A stretch of DNA of 46,784 bases. Source: an uncultured Flavobacteriales bacterium (lineage in GTDB: Bacteria > Bacteroidota > Bacteroidia > Flavobacteriales > UBA7312). The stretch is from assembly GCA_964009845.1 (NCBI GenBank), contig CAXGIQ010000001.1, positions 1-46,784 on the forward strand, in the 5' to 3' direction. Below the pieces are notes generated by a model. The model was not told the origin of the DNA, did not search any database, and saw only the letters and a program-made list of their open reading frames with translations. Both the position numbers and the translations under genes were made by a program. Of the stretch, positions 1 to 8,810 are shown piece after piece (the first letter of the stretch is position 1; each line of letters begins with the position of its first letter).

Positions 1-116
1 CTTCTTTTTACAGTAATCCAACAAATTTTGAAGCGCTCGTTTCTACCGTAATTGATCGTGTATTAACACTCAGCGGTTTAAATCTTGATATGTATCGTTG
101 GGGCGACACAAAATAA
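1..116 (+). CDS. 3' end of an unidentified CDS entering from the left edge (partial)
   Basis: The frame is open from the window edge to TAA at 114-116 (...SFYSNPTNFEALVSTVIDRVLTLSGLNLDMYRWGDTK*). Composition looks globular and non-repetitive. Too short to assign a family. Confidence 0.3.
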   Translation, partial: SFYSNPTNFEALVSTVIDRVLTLSGLNLDMYRWGDTK

Positions 117-162
117 TTTCGCCAATTTTGAGTTAAAGTAATTTGTAACCTCAAAACAAACT

Positions 163-348
163 ATGCTTCGATTCAGTAAAGCAGTCCTACAAAAAGTAAG
201 TTTCGATAAAATTCTTTTTAAGAAGGAACTTAAAAAATCTATTTCTTGGCTTAAAAAAGAAGAGTTGATGATGTTGAAGATTTGGTGTTTAGCCACTTTT
301 GGAAAACACAAAGACATCATTCTAGATACTTTTGAGAATGTTATTTAA
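163..348 (+). CDS. small hypothetical protein (61 aa)
   Basis: ATG-initiated ORF with helical, charged composition ([37 protein letters not shown]). It looks more protein-like than the overlapping antisense ORF 78..320. It converges on queG with an 8-nt overlap. No family recognised. Confidence 0.45.
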   Translation: MLRFSKAVLQKVSFDKILFKKELKKSISWLKKEELMMLKIWCLATFGKHKDIILDTFENVI

Positions 349-1255
349 GAAACTCTATATTTCTTTTAAGCCCTGAAAACTGAGCTCTCTTCAATGGAGA
401 TGACCCACTAAAAACTTGCTTAAAAGTGTCTTCTGTTAACGCATCCCAATCCTCTCGATTCATTTCTAACATCCCTTTTTTTGGTGCAAAACCTTGCTCT
501 TGGTGCAAAACCGAAAAACGATTCCAAGGGCATACATCTTGACAAACATCGCAGCCAAACATCCAATCATCAAATTGCCCTTTCATACTTGTTGGGATGG
601 CATCTTTAAGCTCAATAGTGAAATACGAAATACATTTACTTCCATCTACTACATAAGGTTGAATAATCGCTTGGGTAGGGCAAGCATCTATACATTTGGT
701 ACAGCTACCACAATGATCTGCAGTGGGACTGTCTGGTTCTATTTCTAAATCGATAATTAATTCAGCTAAAAAATAAAAGGAACCACTTTCCTTATTGATA
801 AGATTGGAGTTTTTACCTATCCAACCCAAACCACTTTTTGCAGCCCATGCTTTATCCATTACGGGAGCAATGTCTACAAAAGTACGCCCGTGCACCTCAC
901 CAATTTTATTTTGAATAAATGCTAATAGATTTTTGAGTTTTTTACCAATAATACGGTGGTAATCTTTCCCATAAGCATACTTAGAAATCTTAGGAGCGGT
1001 CGAATCTTGCTCCTTATCTGTATAATAGTTAAGCATGAGAGAAATAACGGTTTTTGCTCCATCTACCAAAAGGCGAGGATCTAATCGTTTGTCAAAATGT
1101 TCTTCCATGAAATGCATTTCTCCATGCTTTTTTTCTTGAAGCCACTGTTCTAAACGAGGTGCTTCATCTTCTAAAAATTCGGCTTTGGAAAAGCCACAAA
1201 ACGCAAAACCCAATCTCTTTGCTTCTGCTTGTATCATCTGTTTATAGATAGACAT
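341..1255 (-). CDS. queG: epoxyqueuosine reductase (tRNA queuosine biosynthesis)
   Basis: 304 aa. Two ferredoxin-type Cys clusters ([23 protein letters not shown]) and a typical QueG N-terminus ([17 protein letters not shown]). Its start overlaps the ruvB stop by 1 nt (TAATG). Confidence 0.9.
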   Translation of the reverse strand: MSIYKQMIQAEAKRLGFAFCGFSKAEFLEDEAPRLEQWLQEKKHGEMHFMEEHFDKRLDPRLLVDGAKTVISLMLNYYTDKEQDSTAPKISKYAYGKDYHRIIGKKLKNLLAFIQNKIGEVHGRTFVDIAPVMDKAWAAKSGLGWIGKNSNLINKESGSFYFLAELIIDLEIEPDSPTADHCGSCTKCIDACPTQAIIQPYVVDGSKCISYFTIELKDAIPTSMKGQFDDWMFGCDVCQDVCPWNRFSVLHQEQGFAPKKGMLEMNREDWDALTEDTFKQVFSGSSPLKRAQFSGLKRNIEFLK

Positions 1256-2280
1256 TAGTCGAACAAACCTCCTTGTCTAGAAGTCGGTGTTTTACCTAAA
1301 TGTTTATAGGCCTTTTCCGTAGCTTGTCTACCTCTTGGCGTACGTATCAAGTAGCCTTCTTGAATCAGAAACGGTTCGTATACTTCTTCAATAGTTCCTC
1401 CTTGCTCACCTACAGCGGTAGCAATCGTAGTAATTCCAACAGGACCTCCTGCAAACTTATCGATGATGGCAGATAAAATTCTATTATCCATTTCATCCAA
1501 TCCGTGTGCATCTACATTTAAAGCAGATAAAGCCGTGTTGGTAATTTCTAGAGTGATGGAGCCATCTCCTTTTACTTGTGCAAAATCGCGTACCCTACGC
1601 AAAAGGGCATTGGCAATTCTTGGCGTACCTCTACTTCTTCCAGCAATCTCTACGCCTGCGTCTATACTTATTGATATATCTAAAATACTTGCTGATCGAT
1701 TAACAATATTAGACAACATATTTGCATCATAATATTCCAATCGAGAATTAATTCCAAAACGCGCTCTTAATGGAGCTGTCAATAAACCAGAACGTGTAGT
1801 CGCTCCAATTAAAGTAAATGGATTAAGTACAATTTGAACAGAACGAGCATTAGGCCCAGTTTCAATCATGATATCAATTTTGAAATCCTCCATAGCAGAA
1901 TATAAATATTCCTCTACAACAGGACTTAATCTATGAATCTCATCAATGAATAAAATATCGCCTTCTTCTAGGTTAGTGAGTAAGCCTGCTAAATCTCCAG
2001 GCTTATCCAACACAGGACCTGAACTTACCTTAATACCGACCCTCATTTCATTGGCTATGATATGTGAGAGGGTTGTCTTTCCTAAACCAGGAGGCCCGTG
2101 TAACAAGACATGATCCAGTGCTTCACCTCTCATTTTTGCAGCACTTACAAAAACCTTAAGGTTTTCTACTACTTTCGGTTGCCCACTAAAGTCAGAAAAA
2201 TCTTTGGGCCTTAGCGCCTTGTCAAACTCCAACTCTTCATTGGAGAGGCGCTCTCTTTCTGGATTCAATTCATCAATCAT
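1255..2280 (-). CDS. ruvB: Holliday junction branch migration DNA helicase RuvB
   Basis: Walker [10 protein letters not shown], Walker [11 protein letters not shown], and RuvB-like sequence throughout. The ORF track starts at TTG 2289. I prefer the ATG at 2280 (MIDELNPE...) because a TAnnTTTG box lies 6 nt upstream of it. Confidence 0.93.
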   Translation of the reverse strand: MIDELNPERERLSNEELEFDKALRPKDFSDFSGQPKVVENLKVFVSAAKMRGEALDHVLLHGPPGLGKTTLSHIIANEMRVGIKVSSGPVLDKPGDLAGLLTNLEEGDILFIDEIHRLSPVVEEYLYSAMEDFKIDIMIETGPNARSVQIVLNPFTLIGATTRSGLLTAPLRARFGINSRLEYYDANMLSNIVNRSASILDISISIDAGVEIAGRSRGTPRIANALLRRVRDFAQVKGDGSITLEITNTALSALNVDAHGLDEMDNRILSAIIDKFAGGPVGITTIATAVGEQGGTIEEVYEPFLIQEGYLIRTPRGRQATEKAYKHLGKTPTSRQGGLFD

Positions 2281-2286
2281 TTGACA

Positions 2287-2294
2287 CAAATATA
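2287..2294 (-). promoter_or_regulatory. candidate Bacteroidetes -7 box (TATATTTG) for ruvB
   Basis: The minus strand reads TATATTTG-tgtcaa-ATG. No clear -33 TTG. AT-rich context, so chance matches are common. Confidence 0.3.
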
Positions 2295-2309
2295 AACTAA
2301 TATCGTGCT

Positions 2310-2340
2310 AAAAAAAATGCCCAATCAAATTGATTAGGCA
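2310..2340 (-). terminator. rho-independent terminator downstream of cytochrome oxidase subunit I
   Basis: The minus strand reads TGCCTAATCA-att-TGATTGGGCA (9 of 10 bp paired) followed by T8. Confidence 0.6.
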
Positions 2341-2365
2341 TTTGTATATTCTATAAAAGAGTGGA

Positions 2366-4126
2366 CTAGTGACCCTCCTCTTCTCCATCTTTTAAAGGTG
2401 TTGTTTGAATTACGAAGTCTTCATCCATTCCTGGCTTACTGTAATCGTAAGCCCAACGATGTACTGTTGGCAACTCTCCAGGCCAATTTCCATGAATCCT
2501 TTCTACAGGAGTAGTCCATTCCAAAGTATTTGAACGCCATGGGTTTTGGCTTGACTGTCTTCCTCTAAAAATACTATAGAAGAAATTAAAGAAGAAAATA
2601 AGCTGAGCGACAACTCCTAATATAGCAAAAACACTAATTAATTCATTTATTTCTACTAAACCTTCAAACATAGGAAAAGCTGTATTTGAATAGTATCTTC
2701 TAGGAACGCCTGCAAGACCTAAGAAGTGCATAGGATAGAAAACCCCGTAGGCAGAAATAAATGTTATCCAAAAGTGAGCATAGCCTAGGCTTTTGTTCAT
2801 CATTCGTCCATACATTTTAGGAAACCAATGATATACACCTGCGAACATACCAAAAATTGCGGATAAGCCCATTACAATATGAAAATGAGCAACAACAAAG
2901 TATGTGTCATGTACATTTATATCCAATGCCGCATCTCCTAAAATAAGACCTGTTAAACCTCCTGAAATAAAAGTTGAAACTAAACCTATTGAAAATAACA
3001 TAGCAGGTGTAAACTGTATATTTGCTCTCCATAGAGTAGTAAGGTAATTAAACACTTTAACAGCAGATGGTATAGCTATCAATAATGTAGTAAATGTAAA
3101 AACAGAACCTAAAAATGGATTCATACCAGTCATAAACATATGGTGACCCCATACGATAAACGATAAAAATGCAATTGCTAAAATAGAGCCAACCATGGCT
3201 TTGTATCCAAAAATTGGCTTACGGGAATTAGTAGAAACAACTTCAGAAGTTATACCTAAAGCAGGTAATAGAATAATATACACTTCAGGGTGACCTAAAA
3301 ACCAAAAAAGGTGCTGAAACAAAATAGGAGATCCGCCTGTCTGAGTCAGTATTTCACCTTGTATCATAATATCTGAAAGATAAAAGGCTGTACCAAAACT
3401 TCTATCGAAAATCAGTAATAAACACGCTGATAATAGTACAGGAAAAGATAAAGTTCCTAAAATTGCTGTAACAAAAAATGCCCACATTGTTAAAGGCATT
3501 CTAGTCATTGACATTCCCTTAGTTCTAAGGTTAACTATTGTTACAATGTAGTTAAGTCCACCAAGAAGCGCAGAAACAATGAATAAAGACATTGAAACTA
3601 ACCAAAGAGTCATTCCTAATCCCGAACCTGGCATCGCTTGAGGCAGAGCAGAAAGTGGAGGATAAATTGTCCATCCAGCTGCAGCTGGACCAGAACTAAC
3701 AAAAAGAGAAATTATCATTACTAAAGATGATAAAAAGAAAAACCAATATGATAACATATTCATAAATCCAGATGCCATATCTCTTGCGCCGATTTGTAAT
3801 GGAATGAGTAAATTGGAAAAAGTCCCGCTTAAACCAGCAGTTAAAACAAAGAATACCATTATTGTTCCATGAATAGTAACAAGTGCTAGATAAATATTTG
3901 GGTCCATTACACCGTCAGGAGCCCATTTACCTAAAAATGTTTCAAGAATTGGAAATCCTTCATCTGGCCAAGCTAATTGCAGCCTAAAAAAAGCAGACAT
4001 AATAACTCCTATAATTCCCATGAACATTCCTGTTAATAGAAATTGCTTAGCTATCATTTTATGATCTAGGCTAAATATGTATTTACTAATGAAAGTTTCT
4101 TCGTGATGATGATCTTGATTGGACAT
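2366..4126 (-). CDS. ctaD: cytochrome c oxidase subunit I (heme-copper oxidase, A-type)
   Basis: 586 aa and polytopic. Carries the signature GHPEVYIILLP and conserved His-containing helices (WFFGHP-like region, HFHIVMG, HDTYFVVAHFH). Confidence 0.95.
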   Translation of the reverse strand: MSNQDHHHEETFISKYIFSLDHKMIAKQFLLTGMFMGIIGVIMSAFFRLQLAWPDEGFPILETFLGKWAPDGVMDPNIYLALVTIHGTIMVFFVLTAGLSGTFSNLLIPLQIGARDMASGFMNMLSYWFFFLSSLVMIISLFVSSGPAAAGWTIYPPLSALPQAMPGSGLGMTLWLVSMSLFIVSALLGGLNYIVTIVNLRTKGMSMTRMPLTMWAFFVTAILGTLSFPVLLSACLLLIFDRSFGTAFYLSDIMIQGEILTQTGGSPILFQHLFWFLGHPEVYIILLPALGITSEVVSTNSRKPIFGYKAMVGSILAIAFLSFIVWGHHMFMTGMNPFLGSVFTFTTLLIAIPSAVKVFNYLTTLWRANIQFTPAMLFSIGLVSTFISGGLTGLILGDAALDINVHDTYFVVAHFHIVMGLSAIFGMFAGVYHWFPKMYGRMMNKSLGYAHFWITFISAYGVFYPMHFLGLAGVPRRYYSNTAFPMFEGLVEINELISVFAILGVVAQLIFFFNFFYSIFRGRQSSQNPWRSNTLEWTTPVERIHGNWPGELPTVHRWAYDYSKPGMDEDFVIQTTPLKDGEEEGH

Positions 4127-4136
4127 TAAAAAATAT

Positions 4137-5111
4137 TTATCTTGAAATTAAGGTATTAAAATTATCTTGTTGTGACATCCACTCTAAGTATTCTTGTTTA
4201 GTTTCTATAATTACTTTTATTTGCATGTTATAATGAGCTGAGCCGCAAATTTTATTACACAAAAGAACATAATCGAATTCTTCATTTTTCAGCTCTTTAC
4301 GCATTTCTGAAGTTGTTTTGATTGGAGTAAATGCAAATTGAGTACTCATTCCAGGGACACAGTTCATTTGAACACCTAAATGGGGCATATATGCCGAATG
4401 AATAACATCTTGCGATCTAAATTTCATCAAAACTTGTTCATCAACTGGTAAGTGTATTTCTCTTGTAATAATATCATCTGATGATGCTGAGTCATTTATA
4501 TCAACTCCGAGCGTATTAATACCTCCTATTAAAGTGTAATTTGCGTCTCCCAACTTATTATCTTCTCCGGAATATCTTGCAGTCCAATTAAATTGCATAG
4601 CATAGACTTCCATAACCATTGCATTTGATGTGTCAGGAACCATAACATTATTCCATGTTTTTAATCCAAAAACAACCAAAGCAGTTAGTACAATAGCAGG
4701 TATAGATGTCCAAATAATTTCTAGTTTGTTATTGTGAGTTTGATAAAACGCCTTATTATTCTTTTTACCTCTGTATTTGTAGGAAAACCAAAAGAGAAGA
4801 GGTTGTGTAATGAAGAAAACAAATAAGATAAGATACATAGTCGTATCCCAAAGTAATTTTATTTGTATTCCATGTAATGAAGCAGATTCAGGTAAAATAA
4901 GATGACCCCATAACTTAAATGAATAAGCAACAAATAAAACAAATCCGAATCCAACAATTAATAAAGCAAGGCCATTGTAATGATTTTCTTTATCAGAAAT
5001 CTCTATTTCTTGTTGGCCTTTGAGCTTTGTTGCTAATTCAAAAATACGCACTAATTGAACCAGAGCAATTATAGCTAATAGTGAGATTAATATTGTTAAA
5101 AGGTTTTCCAT
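4137..5111 (-). CDS. ctaC: cytochrome c oxidase subunit II (CuA subunit, no fused cytochrome c domain)
   Basis: 324 aa. N-terminal TM helices. CuA ligands DVIHS...CNKICGSAHYNM (C-x3-C-x3-H-x2-M). No CXXCH motif is present. Confidence 0.9.
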   Translation of the reverse strand: MENLLTILISLLAIIALVQLVRIFELATKLKGQQEIEISDKENHYNGLALLIVGFGFVLFVAYSFKLWGHLILPESASLHGIQIKLLWDTTMYLILFVFFITQPLLFWFSYKYRGKKNNKAFYQTHNNKLEIIWTSIPAIVLTALVVFGLKTWNNVMVPDTSNAMVMEVYAMQFNWTARYSGEDNKLGDANYTLIGGINTLGVDINDSASSDDIITREIHLPVDEQVLMKFRSQDVIHSAYMPHLGVQMNCVPGMSTQFAFTPIKTTSEMRKELKNEEFDYVLLCNKICGSAHYNMQIKVIIETKQEYLEWMSQQDNFNTLISR

Positions 5112-5118
5112 TTATTTT

Positions 5119-6303
5119 TTAAATATGATGATGCTTTGCTTCGTCTATATAAGGGTGATTATGAGGAATAAGATTTGTTTTTGTTAATGAATTATGCACA
5201 ATTGTTAAAAATAACCCGAGAAAACCACAAAACATACCTATTTCAATAAAACCAATTTTCCAGTGTTCAAAAAGAGTACCTGGAGCAATCATTAAATAAA
5301 TATTACACCAATGACCAATCAATATTATAACTCCTATAGCTATAATGAATGAAAAATTCCTCTTTCCATCTCGACTCATTAATAAAATAAGAGGAAATAA
5401 TAAATTTACTGCAGAAGTGAGCCAAAAAAGAGTGTTGTAATTATCCCATCGCGCTAAAAAATATGTAACTTCTTCTGGAATATTAGCATACCAAATAAGC
5501 ATAAATTGTGAAAACCACATATATGTCCAAAGGATACTGAATGAAAAAATCCATTTTCCTAAATCGTGAATATGGTTTTCGTTAACATGTTCAAGATATC
5601 CCTTTCTCTTTAGATAAATTGAAAACAATGCAATTGCGGTGAAACCTGTTACTCCCATACTAGAAAAGACAAACCATCCAAAAAGAGTGCTGAACCAATG
5701 TGTATCTATTGACATAATCCAATCCCAAGCCATCATTGATGAAGTATATCCAAAAAAAACAATAAATATTGCTGATATTGTTATTGCTTTTTTATGATTT
5801 TTCAATCCTCCTTCATCATCCTCAGCTTTTGAAAGTTGCTTAAACTTTTTAGCTGCAAACCACCATCCAAATACATATATAATAGATCTAATTAAAAATG
5901 AAGAAGGATTTAAATATGCTTCTTTACCATGAATAATTGCATCATAATGTTCATCATTAGGATCCATTATTCCATGAGCCATCCAATGCCAAATATGATT
6001 GTCGTGAAAATGTAAAATTCCTGCAATAACAATTAATATCATTATTATTCCACCGTATATAAAGTAAGAAGTTATTGATTCTGCAACTCGCTTTACAGTT
6101 ATTGCCCATGCTGCTTCAGATGCATACTGAAGAGCAACGAAAAAGATTGCGAAAGCAGCAATCGCTAAAAAGAAATAATTATTAATCATTAAGCTTGGCC
6201 ATGCTCGGTGTGGATCTTTATAAAATCCAACAACCATAGCTACTAAACCAATTAACATTAATAAGTTAAAGACAAGCTTTGTATTTTTATTTACAGTGTA
6301 CAT
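5119..6303 (-). CDS. actF: alternative complex III subunit ActF (polytopic quinol:cytochrome c oxidoreductase membrane subunit)
   Basis: 394 aa and highly hydrophobic. It sits after ActE and before the oxidase genes, as in known act clusters. Confidence 0.75.
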   Translation of the reverse strand: MYTVNKNTKLVFNLLMLIGLVAMVVGFYKDPHRAWPSLMINNYFFLAIAAFAIFFVALQYASEAAWAITVKRVAESITSYFIYGGIIMILIVIAGILHFHDNHIWHWMAHGIMDPNDEHYDAIIHGKEAYLNPSSFLIRSIIYVFGWWFAAKKFKQLSKAEDDEGGLKNHKKAITISAIFIVFFGYTSSMMAWDWIMSIDTHWFSTLFGWFVFSSMGVTGFTAIALFSIYLKRKGYLEHVNENHIHDLGKWIFSFSILWTYMWFSQFMLIWYANIPEEVTYFLARWDNYNTLFWLTSAVNLLFPLILLMSRDGKRNFSFIIAIGVIILIGHWCNIYLMIAPGTLFEHWKIGFIEIGMFCGFLGLFLTIVHNSLTKTNLIPHNHPYIDEAKHHHI

Positions 6304-6313
6304 TAAAATTAAC

Positions 6314-6901
6314 TTAGTTTTCTCCTAGTTGTAACTTTTGAACGTAAGCTGTAATTAACCAACGTTCATTTTCATTTAACTGACTATTATGTGGACCCAT
6401 TGCATTCAAACCATAATATATTGCGTGATAAATATTACCCGCCTTTAATTCACTCATAGTTGATCCAGTTCTTCTTATCATTATATCATCATAATAAGCA
6501 GGTATTGCAGAATACAAGGGATGAGTAATACTTCCTTTTCCATCTCCATTTTCTCCATGACAATGTGCGCAAAACATGCCATATAATTGTTGTCCTTTTA
6601 AAAGATTTTCATCATTAGATTCAATAGGATTTTTAAGATTCTCACCAGCTAATAAATATTGCTCAATTGAGCTTCCATATTCAAACGGAATATACCCTCT
6701 TGGTATTGTCCCTTTTACTGGAATTCGAGCATTTAAACTATCAATGAAAAAATTATTTTGGCCATAAGTTTCTAAAGAGGGTGAAATGTACATATTTGGC
6801 ATAAATTCATAGCCAGGACTTAAAGGGTCATTATTACATGAGCTAAAAGAAATAGCTAAAATTAAAAGAGAAATAAATGATATGTTATATCGATTTTTCA
6901 T
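6314..6901 (-). CDS. actE: alternative complex III subunit ActE (monoheme cytochrome c lipoprotein)
   Basis: 195 aa. Lipoprotein-type signal (LAISFSSC), a single CAHCH heme site, and position within the act cluster. Confidence 0.8.
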   Translation of the reverse strand: MKNRYNISFISLLILAISFSSCNNDPLSPGYEFMPNMYISPSLETYGQNNFFIDSLNARIPVKGTIPRGYIPFEYGSSIEQYLLAGENLKNPIESNDENLLKGQQLYGMFCAHCHGENGDGKGSITHPLYSAIPAYYDDIMIRRTGSTMSELKAGNIYHAIYYGLNAMGPHNSQLNENERWLITAYVQKLQLGEN

Positions 6902-6902
6902 T

Positions 6903-7424
6903 TTAACTGATTTCTTGCATTTTAACTTCTGCTACACCTGTTTGTTTGAGAAGATCATTAACAATATTAGATTCATCACTCTCTATTTCAATTAGAAATT
7001 TATCATCTGTAGTTCTAGAGTCTGGATTTGAAGCCTTTTGACCCGGGAATAGCTTACTTCTAAAAAAGTATGTTATTACCATGAGGTGTGCAGCAAACAA
7101 TACTGTCATTTCAAAAAGTATTGGTACAAAAGCAGGCATATTTAGATAATAAGCAAAACTTGGCTTGCCACCAATATTCTGTGGCCAATCTAAAATCATT
7201 ATATAATATGTCATAGTTAAAGCCACTATAAATCCTACACATCCATATATAAATGCAGTAATACCTAATCTTGTTCTTTTTAAGCCTAAAGCATGATCTA
7301 AACCATGGATAGGAAAAGGTGTAAAAACATCGACAATAGAGATATTGTTTTGCTTAATTACTTTAACAGCATTTAAAACATCATCTTCATCATTGTATAT
7401 AGCGTAAATTCTTTTTTTATCCAT
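6903..7424 (-). CDS. actD: alternative complex III subunit ActD (DUF3341-type membrane protein)
   Basis: 173 aa. Soluble N-terminal part followed by two TM helices. It abuts actC (stop at 7425, start at 7424). Confidence 0.8.
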   Translation of the reverse strand: MDKKRIYAIYNDEDDVLNAVKVIKQNNISIVDVFTPFPIHGLDHALGLKRTRLGITAFIYGCVGFIVALTMTYYIMILDWPQNIGGKPSFAYYLNMPAFVPILFEMTVLFAAHLMVITYFFRSKLFPGQKASNPDSRTTDDKFLIEIESDESNIVNDLLKQTGVAEVKMQEIS

Positions 7425-8804
7425 TTATTTTCTGACTTTATAATTTTCGCCGTATGATTTTAATATTGTTTTTAGTTCTGCTTGAGCAATAACAGGAAAT
7501 GTTCTTGCATATAATAAGAATATCACAAAGAAAAAACCAATGGAACCAACAAATATCCCAATATCAACAAATGTTGGTGAGAACATAGACCAACTTGATG
7601 GAAGGTAATCTCTGTGAAGTGAGGTTACTATAATAACAAATCGCTCAAACCACATTCCGATATTTACGAATAAGGCTAAAATGAATGTGAAAACAATATT
7701 GGTTCTTAATTTTTTAAACCACATGAGCTGTGGTGAAATAACATTACAAGTCATCATACTCCAATATGCCCACCAGTATGGACCAGAAAATCTATTTAAA
7801 AAAGCATACTGTTCAAATTCAACACCGGAATACCATGCCATAAACAGTTCCGTTATATATGCAATACCAACTAGATTACCAGTTAACATAATGATTATAT
7901 TCATATACTCTATATGCTTTATCGTAATGTAATCTTCAAGACTAACAACTTTTCGCATAATTAGTAAAAGTGTTTGTACCATTGCAAAACCAGAAAAAAC
8001 TGCTCCTGCAACAAAATATGGAGGAAAAATAGTAGTATGCCAACCAGGAATCACTGAAGTTGCAAAGTCAAATGAAACAATAGAATGTACTGAAAAAACA
8101 AGTGGAGTCGCTAAACCTGCCAATACTAATGAAACTTCTTCAAATCTTTGCCAATCCTTTGTACGACCACTCCATCCAAATGATAAAATAGAATATACTT
8201 TCTTTCTCATCGGCCAAATTTTTTCACTGACTTTATCTCTTATCATAGCAAAGTCAGGTATAAGACCAACATACCAGAATACTAAGGATACTGAAAAATA
8301 TGTAGAAATTGCAAATACATCCCACAAAAGTGGTGAATTAAAATTCACCCAAAGTGAACCATACTCGTTGGGGATTGGGAATACAAAGTAGCCCAACCAA
8401 GGACGGCCCATGTGAATTCCGGGAAACATTGCCGCTTGAATAACTGCAAATATTGTCATTGCCTCGGCAGACCTTATGACAGATAATCTCCAGTTTTGAC
8501 GAAATAAAAGTAATACTGCTGAAATAAGTGTACCTGCATGACCAATTCCAACCCACCAAACAAAATTAGTAATATCCCATGCCCATCCAATTGTTTTGTT
8601 TAGGCCCCAAACACCTATACCTGTTCCGACAGTATATCCTACACAAAGAATCCACCATATAAATAAAACAAAAGAAATTCCGAAAACAATCCACCATAAT
8701 CTATTTGCCTTGCCTTCAACTGGTTTAGCAATATCTACAGTTATATCATGATAACTTTTTTCACCGAGTATAAGTGGTTCTCTTATGGACGCTCTTTTAT
8801 GCAT
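7425..8804 (-). CDS. actC: alternative complex III subunit ActC (NrfD/PsrC-like quinol-binding membrane subunit)
   Basis: 459 aa, about 10 TM helices, NrfD-like sequence (WGLNKTIGWAWDITNFVWWVGIGHAGT). Confidence 0.9.
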   Translation of the reverse strand: MHKRASIREPLILGEKSYHDITVDIAKPVEGKANRLWWIVFGISFVLFIWWILCVGYTVGTGIGVWGLNKTIGWAWDITNFVWWVGIGHAGTLISAVLLLFRQNWRLSVIRSAEAMTIFAVIQAAMFPGIHMGRPWLGYFVFPIPNEYGSLWVNFNSPLLWDVFAISTYFSVSLVFWYVGLIPDFAMIRDKVSEKIWPMRKKVYSILSFGWSGRTKDWQRFEEVSLVLAGLATPLVFSVHSIVSFDFATSVIPGWHTTIFPPYFVAGAVFSGFAMVQTLLLIMRKVVSLEDYITIKHIEYMNIIIMLTGNLVGIAYITELFMAWYSGVEFEQYAFLNRFSGPYWWAYWSMMTCNVISPQLMWFKKLRTNIVFTFILALFVNIGMWFERFVIIVTSLHRDYLPSSWSMFSPTFVDIGIFVGSIGFFFVIFLLYARTFPVIAQAELKTILKSYGENYKVRK

Positions 8805-8810
8805 TATTTA

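Noticed and set aside
78-320. 80-aa minus-strand ORF in the track.
   Set aside because: It overlaps the more protein-like plus-strand ORF 163..348. Its composition (L/S/F/I-rich, Cys-scattered) is typical of antisense translation of AT-rich DNA.
2281-2289. TTG start for ruvB as given by the ORF track (MCQMIDEL...).
   Set aside because: An in-frame ATG three codons downstream (2280) gives a conventional N-terminus. The candidate -7 box overlaps the TTG codon itself, so the TTG is probably untranscribed or sits at the very 5' end.
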